42,388 bases of DNA from Dimargaris cristalligena (taxonomy: Eukaryota): contig ML002317.1 in the NCBI GenBank assembly GCA_003614675.1, positions 1-42,388 on the forward strand. Direction: 5' to 3'. A program made the translations under genes and the position numbers. Of this stretch, positions 23,901 through 33,906 are shown piece by piece. How positions within the stretch are numbered: the stretch's first letter is position 1; every line of letters starts with the position of its first letter. The notes beneath the pieces are model-generated. The model saw only the letters and a program-made list of their open reading frames with translations, did no database searches and was not told where the DNA came from.

Positions 23901-25158
23901 CCTGACCATTTCGACGGTCACGGGTAGGCGAATGTTGAAGAGCTGGCGCTTGATGATGTATCCGGTGGTCCAGGTGGACCGAGGTGTGCTTAGGGTTCAC
24001 AGTATAGTCATTAAATGCGGAGTGTATAGTTTGACTGGGGCGCGATGGAGGCGCTTCCACGGAGGCCGGTGATGAAAGATACCGTGGCGTACTCCGGGTC
24101 CGCCGCGGAGTCTGTGATTGGGAGGATTCGGAGAGGCGCCAGGGGGCCATGGCGGACAGAAGCCCCGTCAGTGGGCCGGCGTGACCCTCGGATGCAAAGG
24201 AAGTAATGGATGGCCGGTCAGGGGGAGGAGCAGTCAGTGAATGGGAGTCGGACCGACAGTTGCGAAGGCGCCCCGCCACCGTCGAAGCTGAAGTCGTAGT
24301 AGTGGTGGTGATGGGGTGAGGGGGCGCTACGGTGGGTTGCTGACTGAAATGGGAGACGCCGAAATCGGATATTTTCACGGTTCCGTCCTGGGCCCTCAAC
24401 AAATTGGCCGGCTTAATATCGCGGTGAATGATTCCTTGGTAATGCAGGTATTCCACGCCCAGGACGAGGTCTCGAAAGATACGGCGGATTTCGTCTAAGC
24501 CGAGTAGTGGCCGTTCCTGGGCGTCCCGCCACTGGATTTCACCCCGCTCCAAGTACTCTAGCACTAAATAGATTTTACGAGCGGCGGGGTCGTCGATAAC
24601 TTCGTAGAGATGGACCACGTTGGGGTGCTGGCATTTTTTGAGGATGGCGATTTCTTTACGTATTTTTTCGACCTGGGTTTGGGAGACCCGGCCGTTGTTA
24701 GCCCAGACCAGACTGGGGGGTATAGTTGGGGTGCCGGCCGCAGCAGGGGCGGCAGTAGTAGTGGCAGTGGCGGCGGCATCGGAATGGCCGTTGGTGGAGC
24801 CGGGGGTTGAATTCAGTGGGGGAGACACGGACGGTTGGCGGCCCAGGGGCGACTGATTCCAACGCGCACTGAGGCGGCGAACCCCGCCGCCCTGCCATTT
24901 GTCGATGATTTTGATGGCGTACCGCTGACCGGTGGTAATGTCGACGGCCAGCCGTACCCGACCATGCACGCCGCGGCCTAGACATTGGTGGAGGACGTAC
25001 TGGTTAATCATCTTGCGGCCGGTTTCGTGGTCGTAGTCGACAACCATGTGGGCGGTTTCCTTAGCCGGAGAGACCAGCAGGTGCTCGTCCCGGGGTAGAC
25101 AACCACCCTGGTTATGGCCCCGTGCGGCCGTGCCGGAAGGCGGGGGTGGTGGGCCCAT
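20920..25158 (-). CDS. Ser/Thr kinase of the CAMKK / SNF1-activating kinase group (SAK1/TOS3/Ssp1-like), about 1412 aa, with very large inserts in the catalytic domain
   Basis: Motifs KET...KMINQY, GRGVHGRV, YAIKII, KEIAILKKCQHPNVV, IYLVLEY, YLHYQGIIHRDIKPANLL, KISDFGVS, ELAKTVGSPAFFAPELC, DVWAMGVTLYCLIYGRCPF, RITIDQVKQHPWV. The first ATG of the frame is at 25158. Confidence 0.9.
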   Translation of the reverse strand: MGPPPPPSGTAARGHNQGGCLPRDEHLLVSPAKETAHMVVDYDHETGRKMINQYVLHQCLGRGVHGRVRLAVDITTGQRYAIKIIDKWQGGGVRRLSARWNQSPLGRQPSVSPPLNSTPGSTNGHSDAAATATTTAAPAAAGTPTIPPSLVWANNGRVSQTQVEKIRKEIAILKKCQHPNVVHLYEVIDDPAARKIYLVLEYLERGEIQWRDAQERPLLGLDEIRRIFRDLVLGVEYLHYQGIIHRDIKPANLLRAQDGTVKISDFGVSHFSQQPTVAPPHPITTTTTTSASTVAGRLRNCRSDSHSLTAPPPDRPSITSFASEGHAGPLTGLLSAMAPWRLSESSQSQTPRRTRSTPRYLSSPASVEAPPSRPSQTIHSAFNDYTVNPKHTSVHLDHRIHHQAPALQHSPTRDRRNGQGGGGGSSSSGFPSPGSYSPRLADSTGIVTNGRDRSASLTTAPSAIPARLTTASPLASPKPRTPILIFNSDDETDSESIHQQDGTPSSEGPFTKPRASPPLNDRNPATMALHSSPLSEPSSDYGDQVFRLPSRRNGSLGLSLVNYDDLDESDSDDFWSDFEFNPSEAEVETYDPPEFAVPSAPPSLHSATGGPAPTLEGRSTLPKTSSALRWSADTHEPGDGGNYPTEDRPRSSLSSRGLSTSSRPSSIHWPARLPFGALGEHDYGDDDGSVYNTSGPSQPLDSALPPEPTSPNDYDQELAKTVGSPAFFAPELCCTAPELNKLLKEWRSKRHPLAQEWVPPDDPTDTTPTPAPAKIPQTTTAGRRRNPNDDPSTTAAASLPPISPVLQTRRPSLSGLILGHILNRSSHSRKPSLSSPSPVTREEPPPPTSPLLLPASANYSPPPAIVVAEEDAAAAHVTSDNKRGPRSTILRNSIESTPGLVLPPASPPRHSRIIKAAPSTRTTYAQPVHRSLSLNRTFPSNQVDVPPAPGGSNTNGFRLPANAMGPGTSPTIPHRDHSLRLDTDLINGTKVRRTQTDTDRGTTPGVGGFDSEVTTPRWKWLAALSPATQSQVSVLPHQPAPRVPLNHKRAQSSTISSTALAAATASDKPPLLVPPSYLMGRRASYSPMSQDAAAASSSVPSHERASPALLRSISLFSGTQGGPLGTASDSKTRGPGSSTPLAKTKTAPPEMGGTSGIAHPAAGSAAAKLHPILEQPIQDFLNYPPSPTPSYQGITKAIDVWAMGVTLYCLIYGRCPFVADNEFELFQVIPRQDPLYDIDGDDDSDDKDPSANGPDTNHPHYMHNPSANFEAPPKRPPTRADGPIPASLRDLLDRLMDKDFRSRITIDQVKQHPWVVEGLANGGSNWARDTNVRQHYPEVHVSSRDIQDALAPSFQWSRKITRGLRRLSVSIAKGLKGWRNSGASPSSSAAPTATTTTATTTTAPKNKPTGHG

Positions 25159-26411
25159 GTGGTGTGCGGAAAGAGTAGGGGTTGTAGACTGAGGGGTGAA
25201 GAAGAAGTAGGTGGCGTAGATATACCCCCAAGGTATCACACCAATGAACTGACCAAAGAGGGTTCAAATTAGGGGAAGAGAAGCAAAGAGTATATGCGGC
25301 TAATGGTGGCTAAGCGATGCCTGGGAAAGCGTGAAGGAAGGGACCCTAATATAAAGATAGACCGTGGCCCCCCAATGGAGGTGAATAAGCAAACTAACTA
25401 TAGCTAGCTACCACTGGGATGGAAAGGAATGAGCAAGAGCTGCCCTGTGATGTGCTCTGTGGTTTTTGCCACCGTCGCCGGTCCTTGTTGCCAGAGGAAA
25501 CTACCTGCCTACCTACCTAATAACGGCTCTCAGAGCTGAACAACGGGGCCTCGGCTGACGCGAGCTCTCCGACACCAATAGCCAATGACCCAAACAGGCG
25601 TGGCCGGAGAACTCCGGAGTGCCACAAATACACACATGCGCAAATACACAGTAGTAAGCCATCAGGCATGGGGAGAGTGTGTGTGGTGCATTCCGCCAGC
25701 TATTAATACTTGTCCATAGTGAGGCCCATTATTAATCCCACAAGTACTTTAAGGAACCTGTAGCATTGCCCCTTTTCCATTAAACTCGACCGTCTGGTTG
25801 CCCCTAATTGATTTCCTTGTACTGAAGCGTATCTTGCCTGTTGGTTGTGTGTTCTTTTAGAGCGCTTAACACAATTGCGATGGTTTTACGCTGAAAGGGC
25901 TCTTTTGCCCTTTTGGCCATGTAATTGCATCCCGGCGGCAAGTGGTAGAGTAACGACCTTCCTAATTGGCTGACGAGCGGCTTATAATGCTGTGCTTGGA
26001 CTGTCACCTGCGGAAGGTACACCGCCCTCATTCCTCCATTCCACCCATCCCAAAAATACCAACCAACAAGCCTTTTATTAATATTGATTCCCATCTACTC
26101 CAACTGAAGGGTCTGGTGACGATGTTTCACCTTCCCATCTACATCCCTGGACTTCTATTGGCTTCCATTAAAGGATCGTGACTTGGGGGGTGGTTTAGCT
26201 GCGGCTGATTAATGCCCAAGGCCATTTCCTCGTCCAAATATAAAAGACGATCTTCTCCCCTCCTTCTACTCTTCCTTTCATTACTATCTCGAACAAGTGG
26301 ACTGTGGCATCATTTCTGTTTTCCCTATTCTGTATTATTTGCCGTATTTCGGCCCAGCCAGCTAAACTTTCTCGTAAAAACCAAGTACTGTCAAGCAGCC
26401 ACACTACGGAC

Positions 26412-26421
26412 TATATATAAG
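26412..26421 (+). promoter_or_regulatory. Putative TATA box of the TFIIB gene
   Basis: TATATATAAG about 260 nt upstream of the ATG, within the divergent kinase/TFIIB intergenic region. Confidence 0.4.
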
Positions 26422-26673
26422 TCTAAACGACTCCCTTAATTCAACCCTTTCCTCTTCGATCGTCAGTTCGTTAGAAAAAATAGAAGTCACCCCCATTCCT
26501 CGTTAGTCAGCCCAGCAGCCATTTGTTATCCTCCGACCTAGGTTGTGTATTCTCTGAACCAGATAACCATTTTAAATATATATAGACCTACTTACTATTC
26601 ATTCCTGTATTTCCCATTGCCCTATTTCTTCTACCAGTCCTATACCTTTTTGTATTTACCCCCCCTCTCCACC

Positions 26674-27609
26674 ATGGATCTCAACGTTAAACTGAATTGC
26701 CACCAATGCCGCAACCCCGTTCCCAATATCGTCGAGGAGTTCTCCTCGGGTGACATGGTCTGTGGGGATTGTGGGCTCATCCTGGGCGACCGTATCATTG
26801 ACACCCGCTCCGAGTGGCGTACCTTCGCCAACGACGACGGTGATGACCCTTCCCGAGTGGGTGCCGCCTCCAATCCTCTCCTGGACGGCTCGCAACTCGA
26901 CACCATCATCTCCCGCTCTGACGGCGGCTCCGGACTCTCCCGCGACTTGAATAAAATCCACGGTCGGTCCACCGCCGTCAAGGGTGAACGCATGCTTCTC
27001 GGGGCCTACAAGGAAATAACCTCCATGTGCGATCGCATGGGCCTAACCAAACTGATTTGCGATTCGACCAAGCAGTTGTTTAAGCGGGTCGAAGACGAGA
27101 AGATCCTCCGCGGCAAATCCACCGAGTGTATTATCGCTACCTGTATTTTTATCGCCTGCCGGCAAGAGAACGTACCCCGTACGTTCAAGGAAATTTTCAC
27201 CTACACCCGGGTACCCAAACGGGAGCTGGGCCGCTGTTACCGGATCCTGTCCAAGCACCTCACTACCAGTACCGTCGGGGTCATGTACAGCGAGGACCTG
27301 ATGGCCCGGTTCTGCTCCCATTTGGACTTGCCAATGCCCGTCCAGCGGGTGGCCATTGACGTGACCAAGGAGTCCAAGGAATTGGGCACCCTGGCTGGCA
27401 AATCGCCCGTCTCCGTGGCCGCCGCGTGCATCTACTTAGTCAGTCACTTGATGGGTACGCCCAAGTCGCCCAAGGACATCGCCAATGTCGCGGGTGTTTC
27501 GGAAACGACCATCAAGAATTCCTACAAATCCCTGTACTTGGTTCGGGAGCAGCTCCTTAAACCCGATATTATCAAAGATCCCGTTTTGGACCGTCTACCC
27601 GTTCCTTAA
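26674..27609 (+). CDS. SUA7: Transcription initiation factor IIB, 311 aa
   Basis: Zn ribbon CHQC...CGDC, B-reader IDTRSEWRTF, DPSRVG, two cyclin-like repeats (IACRQENVPRTFKEI; GKSPVSVAAACIY). The ATG lies in CCACCATGG context. Confidence 0.95.
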   Translation: MDLNVKLNCHQCRNPVPNIVEEFSSGDMVCGDCGLILGDRIIDTRSEWRTFANDDGDDPSRVGAASNPLLDGSQLDTIISRSDGGSGLSRDLNKIHGRSTAVKGERMLLGAYKEITSMCDRMGLTKLICDSTKQLFKRVEDEKILRGKSTECIIATCIFIACRQENVPRTFKEIFTYTRVPKRELGRCYRILSKHLTTSTVGVMYSEDLMARFCSHLDLPMPVQRVAIDVTKESKELGTLAGKSPVSVAAACIYLVSHLMGTPKSPKDIANVAGVSETTIKNSYKSLYLVREQLLKPDIIKDPVLDRLPVP

Positions 27610-28425
27610 ACGAGTCCCGTTTACCAGATTATAGAGGTAAGGGCGGATGGCGTGAATTGCTGTATGAAAAATGAGTATTATTATTCACTATATCACTATT
27701 TTTATAATAAAGTTCATTTTTCTACTTGACTGATGGGTTTAGTGACGGTGGGGGTCGGGGGAAAGTAAGGGGAGAGTGTACCGAGAGCGGGTCTATATTG
27801 TATGCTGAGGTTGAAAGAATCTTAGTCTACTTTATCCGAGGCCCTCGCCAAGGCCCATTCTACGATACACGCACTTGGAGCCTTTATCAACCAAAATTAT
27901 ATTGGCTTAAAATAATGAGCAACGAGATAATCTACGATTTTCATACAGGGTTGTTTGTCTGAATATTAGTTTAACCATGGAGTATAATACTAAAAGTCCT
28001 ATATCAGTGGTAAATAAACCCAGGATGTCCATCAATTCTTTCGAGAAATACCACAAACCCAATATTGATATTACTCGAATCACTAAGCATAAGCGTTGAT
28101 TTAGGAAATGACGAGGTACCCTTCCCTTCAATTTGGTCATTAGATGCAAATGGCACCTCACATTATAGGTATTCTAAGATGTATAGGGACGCAACCCATC
28201 GAAGTTGAAACAGGGTATTGGATGGAATGTAAGGAGCGAATCCACCATGCTGCTGTTCTAAAGCCCACTCTGATGGTAAGAGTATCAATCGTTCGTAAGA
28301 ATAAGGTTGTTGGGGGCAATTCAGGAGTTACATACCCATAAATATAGGTCGCAAAACTTATCTCCAAATCGACAATAGTCACGTGATTAAACGTTAATAA
28401 GATTTGAGTATATTGAAATTTTTCC

Positions 28426-28543
28426 AGTTGTGGCCATATGTACCAGTTTGCACCGTATCCCGTTAGATCTGCGAAGTTAAGTTGGTATCAGCTAATTTAG
28501 TACTGAGGTGGGTGACCACTTGGGAATAGTTAGTGCTACAACT
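28426..28543 (+). rRNA. 5S rRNA, dispersed copy 2
   Basis: 118 nt (AGTTGTGGCCATATGTACCAG...TAGTACTGAGGTGGGTGACCACTTGGGAATAGTTAGTGCTACAACT). All helices pair, a GTGA tetraloop closes helix IV, and a T6 run follows. Confidence 0.95.
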
Positions 28544-28548
28544 TTTTT
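28543..28548 (+). terminator. Pol III oligo-T terminator of 5S copy 2
   Basis: TTTTTT directly at the 3' end of the gene. Confidence 0.8.
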
Positions 28549-29247
28549 ACGTTTTAGTGATAATATTTTATTAATTTTGAGAGTTGGTAATATTTAGAAT
28601 CTACTTATAAAAAGGGGTTTGAATGGTATATACCCGATATAATTTAGTGCTCCTTGCATTTTTTTGAAAATTAGTGAAACCTGCCATACGAAACGCACAT
28701 TTTATTATTTAACTAGGTTGAAACATTCCTATGTACATTGTTGGTGGTGGGTAGGCATTAATGAATGTATTTAAAAACAGCAGAGTTGGGGCGTCCAAGG
28801 CTTATATAGGTGTAGTATTTTCGAGATAGCACGCTGACTATAGGTGGTAAAATGGATTAGTCAGTGACCTTCATTAATTAGCCTTGTCGAGACCTCGAAT
28901 CTGACCCAACTTATTTCGACATCATGATAAGTTAAAGAGGCCAACGCTTGCGTATAAAAGTTTAAGCGTCACCCAGTATAACACTTCTATTGTTCAATCT
29001 TTTTTTACCTGGTCTCTCTCTATTATACTGCCGTTATGTCTCCATGTTGCAAGGTAGACTTGTATCATTTGGAAATACTAGATATTAGGCATCTAGCAAT
29101 AGTTGCAATGTCCTCTCCAAATTGATCCAGTTGTCAAGTCTCAAACAAAACGGATTTTATCTATAATATAGTGGTAAATATCAGGTGTAATAGTAAAAAG
29201 GAGGCGTCTTTTTCAAACAGGAGGGGGGGCTAGAGCACTATCCATCG

Positions 29248-31110
29248 CTATTGATCCATGTCCATGGCCGAACTTTGCCCAGATGACGGGTCGGGTACCG
29301 ATTCACTGGATGCGTTAGACGGGTTGGTGGCGGTGGTCGTGGTCGTGGTCGTGGTCGTAGCAGTAGTTGTCGAAGGAGCAGGGTGATCCACGTTCATGGG
29401 CTGGGCTGTCGTTGATGAACTTGTACTTTGCACGGGATTTAGGCCGGCGGCTTCACCCACCGACGGTGGAGATGGGGCATTTGGCCTAGACTCTTCTTCC
29501 GCTGGAGTAGTAGCGGATGGTGCAGGCTGATCCGTAGTAGTTGATTGGGTAGCGTTCTGGTCGTCTTCTTTCTTAATTTCAGGGCCGGAGATTACCGCCT
29601 CTCGCTGACTGTCCGTGTCCATAGGATCGGTAGCGGTGGCAGTGGCGGTGACCTGGGTGGGGGGAGTGGGTATGGCGTTGGATGCTAATGGTTGCGTTGA
29701 GGACCCGGCGGCTGGAGTGGCGTCACCCTCTCCCACTTCCTCCAGCGCTACACTGGATTCCTCGCGGTACTCTTGTTCCACCGGCCGACCGTTCCAAATG
29801 GGCACTCGCTTCTGGCCTGTGGGGTCCTTGAGGTCGTCCGCATCGTCATAATATTCGTTTTCGGGTACAATACGAGCATCCAGTTCGTGGCGCGGTAGGC
29901 GCTCGTCTTTACTCACATCGTCTTCGTCCGGCCGATCGTCCGAGGCACTGGGGTGATCCGGGGGAACGGGCTGCATTTGGACACTGGGGGCAAACCGGGT
30001 ATGGCTCAGGTGTTCTAGGACCTGCCGTTTGATTTTATCCAGATACTCGCGACTATTGTAGTTGGTGGCGTTGTTGGAGGGCACGTCCAGGGTATATTCA
30101 GGACCAAAGTATTCAATGTAGTCGTTGAGGGGCAGTTCGGGGCCCAGATGTTTACCGACTGCCACGCCGGTTTCGTAGGTCCAGGCCCGGGACACGTTCC
30201 GAATGGTGTAGCCACCTCCACCGAGAAGGAGGGTGGGAATATTGAGCTTCTTGATGTATTCGACGCAACGGGCATGGCCCTTCATGGACAAATTGAAGCT
30301 ACCCAATTTATCGCCGGCCAGCGAATCCGTTCCGCACTGCAGGACTACTGCCGAAGGGCGGTACCATTCCATAACGTGTTGGATCACGGGTTCGAAGACA
30401 CTCTGGTAGGTATCGTCATCGATGCCACTGCGCAACGGGAAATTGACGGCGTAGTATTTACCCTTACCAACCCCAATATCGCGCAGCTCACCAGTGCCGG
30501 GGAAGAATTCGCCATACTTGTGGAACGAACAGGTCATGACCCGATCGGTAGTGTAAAAGGCCTCTTCCACGCCATCCCCGTGGTGCACATCAATGTCAAT
30601 ATAAAGCACCCGCGGGAAATAGCGGAGCAGTTCCAGAATAGCCAATACAATATCGTTGACATAACAAAACCCCGAGGCCTCGCTCTTCTTGGCGTGGTGG
30701 AGCCCTCCGGCCCAATTGATGCAAATGTCGGATAACCCGCGGTTCAACCGACCCGCCCCTTCCATGGACCCACCGGCCGAGAGCGAGCAGTACTCGAACA
30801 GGCCGTCGAACACGGGACAGTCATCGCCCACGTTAAATTTGGACTGTTCCCGCGTGTACTGTTGGAGGGTTTCGGGAGTGACGCGATGGAGGAAATCAAT
30901 GTACTCGTCGGTATGGAATTGGGTCATCTCCACCTTGTTGGCGGGGGTGGCACGAAAAATACTGAGGTCCTTGTACAGGCCGTAGTTCATCACGAGACTA
31001 TGGGTCATGCGTATCCGGTGGGGCTTCATGGGATGGCCGGCCCCGTAGTGGTAATTCCCGACATCGAGATCGTAGAAGTAGGCGACCCGCTTTTTGGGTT
31101 CGGAAGCCAT
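29248..31110 (-). CDS. RPD3: Class I histone deacetylase (RPD3/Clr6/HDAC1-like), 620 aa, intronless
   Basis: [68 protein letters not shown], followed by a long low-complexity tail. Confidence 0.96.
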   Translation of the reverse strand: MASEPKKRVAYFYDLDVGNYHYGAGHPMKPHRIRMTHSLVMNYGLYKDLSIFRATPANKVEMTQFHTDEYIDFLHRVTPETLQQYTREQSKFNVGDDCPVFDGLFEYCSLSAGGSMEGAGRLNRGLSDICINWAGGLHHAKKSEASGFCYVNDIVLAILELLRYFPRVLYIDIDVHHGDGVEEAFYTTDRVMTCSFHKYGEFFPGTGELRDIGVGKGKYYAVNFPLRSGIDDDTYQSVFEPVIQHVMEWYRPSAVVLQCGTDSLAGDKLGSFNLSMKGHARCVEYIKKLNIPTLLLGGGGYTIRNVSRAWTYETGVAVGKHLGPELPLNDYIEYFGPEYTLDVPSNNATNYNSREYLDKIKRQVLEHLSHTRFAPSVQMQPVPPDHPSASDDRPDEDDVSKDERLPRHELDARIVPENEYYDDADDLKDPTGQKRVPIWNGRPVEQEYREESSVALEEVGEGDATPAAGSSTQPLASNAIPTPPTQVTATATATDPMDTDSQREAVISGPEIKKEDDQNATQSTTTDQPAPSATTPAEEESRPNAPSPPSVGEAAGLNPVQSTSSSTTAQPMNVDHPAPSTTTATTTTTTTTTATNPSNASSESVPDPSSGQSSAMDMDQ

Positions 31111-31135
31111 GGTCAGGAAATGGAGCGACCGGGAT

Positions 31136-31162
31136 AAGAAGAAGAAGAAGAAGAAGAAGAAG
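31136..31162. repeat. (GAA)n trinucleotide repeat just upstream of the RPD3 start
   Basis: About 9 tandem units, reading (TTC)n on the RPD3 sense strand. Confidence 0.9.
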
Positions 31163-32032
31163 GGATGTTGGTCTAACTAACTATCTAGGGTGAAATGGTA
31201 GGTATGGAGCAAATGCCCAGACCTAAAGGAGGAGGAAAGGTTCGGCTGAAAAACGGCGGAACCGTTAAACACGGTAGTAAAAGGTCAGTGACGCGTTTCC
31301 AGAAGGTGAACTATAAAGGGAGTTTAGAAGCCTGGAAGATGCAAAGCAGGAAGAGTCACAGGCAAATGCAAATAGTGCGGGAATAAGCCTAGGCTATTTA
31401 ATTATAAAGCGATACATGGAAAATAAGAAAGCGGGTCCTCTCGCTCTCTCTTTCTCTCTTTTTAAACACACCAACAAATAATAAACAGCTTCTGAATAAA
31501 ATGGGAGGGAGTATGAGATACACCAATCTGGCCTATCTATTGGAGCAGTTAGTTGGGGGGAATAGGACAGCAGTATAGGTAAAAGCAAATGGGCGTAGGC
31601 CATCCATTGTCATTCACAGCTACAGACTGATTACATATATATCCTCTTATTCACTGCGCGCCTACTTCGATAGCATCTCAAGGCCCGTCCCCCCTTCGCA
31701 CCTTTCCTTCAGAATAAGCCTATATAACCTTCATCTTCGCAACTGAGTCCCAATAACAAACCCAATTACCAGGTAAACCAGTTACCGAATGGGGGCGATG
31801 GCTATAGTCGCTGTTAAGTATAGACAACCATCTAGCTCATCGATTAGATCATTCCCACCCCTTCGATGTAGGGCCGAACTGCTGGACCGGCCGTTTCTCT
31901 CTGCCGATTATATTCATTAACCAAAATCCCTTTTCATTAAACATGTACTTTATTGATCAAGGAAAGAAGGGGCCATTGGATAGTGAATGAATTCCACCTT
32001 CGATTAATTGGGGTCAAGAAGTAGGAAGCGTT

Positions 32033-33435
32033 CTATTTGTACTTGGCGAGGAACTGCTCCCGGAAGCTTCCGGATTTCGCCAGCATAATGAAGGCCGGGA
32101 TGCTGTTCACCACGGTGTATCGGGGATGGGACAACGCCTGGGCCAGCGTACAGCTCAAACCCACCTTGAGCAACTTAGGTTCAGCGGCGGGCGTAGGGAA
32201 ATATTCAAAGTACAGCTCGACGTTGGTCGGACTGTACTGGTGTTTGGGGTCCCACGGGGCGGGGTGCTCCAGGATGGTATCCAAGTGGTCTTGGAACGTA
32301 TCCAGTTCGTCAAAGGCTTCCACAAAGTCCGTTTCCTTAAATTCGGGGTACAGGAAAAACACGGGCCACAGCAAATGCCCCGTGGTTTGGTCGAGCCGGA
32401 CCCGGTGTTCGGTTTCATTCTGCCACACGTGGCTGCTGGGACTGCTGCCGGCCATCTTGATCTTGCGGATCTTAAGGGCTTCGGACAGCATGGCGTCGTA
32501 CTTGGTTTGTTGGGCCTCCTCGTCGGCCTTTTGGTGGGCTTTCGCTACCACTCGGTCCCGTTCCTCCGTGGCCAACTTCTGCTCTTTGAGTACGGCACTG
32601 TTGTTGGGCTCCATCTTGAGGGCCCACAGGCAGCATTCTAGGGCCTCCTCGTATTTACCCAGGGCGCGGCAGGCCCGGGCGGACCGGAAAAGGGCCTTGA
32701 CGTTCCGGGGGTTGATTTCTAAAGCGGCGTGGCAGTCATTGAGTACCCGGCGGTAGTTTTGAAGTTCGAGGTTGACGGCGGCCCGGTTAGTATAACAGGT
32801 GGCGGTGAGTTCGCGATCTTCGCAGTCCTGGGCGATGGCCTTGGTATAATATTTAATGGCATCACGGTAGCCCCGCTCGCCCTCCCGGAAACAGTCATTG
32901 CCCTGGTTCTTGAAGTTGGTGGCGATTTCTGGTTGAATTAAGATAAGGGAATGATAAACATGTATCAACAGGCGGTGTTTAGAATGAAGAGGTTAAATTT
33001 TAGTCAGCGCAATACTTTATCCATATATTGGACGTGGTTTAGAGCGGGTATTCGTAGGTAGAATATGTACAATTCCAGTCAACCATGCCCTAACTACTAT
33101 GGGTAAAATTGAATAGATAGTCCAACATCAATATGTATATGCAAATGTGAATGTGAATGTGAATGCGCGGAGTCCGATTCAAAATATAAGGAGGGGGGGT
33201 TCAGGTTACCTGTTGGGCTACCCTCAAAGGCAAGACTCTGTAACGCCGCCATGGTAGGGTTTTCTTCGGCATCGTCTACATTCATGTCCTCGGGCACTTC
33301 CTTCATGAACAGCGGGGACCTTAACATTTCGGCCAGGAAATCGTCGGCCGATTTGACCTCGCCTTCGATTCCGGGGGCACTGGTATCCTTTCCGGCCTCA
33401 TTGGTACGGTACTCGCGACGGGGACCTTGTGACAT
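32033..33435 (-). CDS. CNS1: Hsp70/Hsp90 co-chaperone CNS1/TTC4 (TPR plus C-terminal wheel domain), 373 aa. Exons: 33435-33210, 32928-32033
   Basis: RSPLFM, ALQSLAFEGSPT|EIATNFKNQGNDCF, TPR repeats (NRAAVNLELQNY, NVKALFRSA), LLWPVFFLYPE, PAPWD. Phase-1 GTAACC...CCAG intron at 33209-32929. Confidence 0.92.
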
Positions 33436-33906
33436 TTTTGGCAAAATAAATTATCTGGGCTGGTAAGAAAAGGCGTAAAATAAAAACTAGTGGGGCAATG
33501 TGCAGAAACCCTTGGGCGTTTTTACAGTTGATTTGCCGGGGCGTAATGTAAGGCCAACTCTCCTCCCTTTACTTGCTGACCAATTCACCTATTTTTACCC
33601 GCCTTTTTATATTCTCTGGTGTGGGCAGCTACCAAATAATTCGGTAGGAGGTTGGAAATAATCCCACCGTGGGATTTTACTTTCCCAGCCTTTAAACGTC
33701 CTGATTCATAAATTAAACCTCATCAATTATGGAAAGAAAGTACCAGTCGATTATTTTTTTTTGATCCCTTGCACCTAATCGACCGCCTATAGCACATAGC
33801 CAGGCCTCCACATTAAAGAGCTCATGTACGTATTTCCCAGCTAAATTAATATCGAAATCAATAGATTCATTTTAATGCAGTTTGGCAAAATATGGGGAGG
33901 GTAGGT

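Noticed and set aside
21565-24357. Inteins as an explanation for the kinase inserts
   Set aside because: No intein splice-junction residues (terminal His-Asn followed by C/S/T) at the insert ends and no LAGLIDADG motifs; composition is low-complexity and disordered.
26545-26673. N-terminal extensions of TFIIB (from 26545) and the kinase (from 25239) shown in the ORF track
   Set aside because: They begin at non-ATG codons and translate pyrimidine-rich leader sequence; the first ATGs are at 26674 and 25158.
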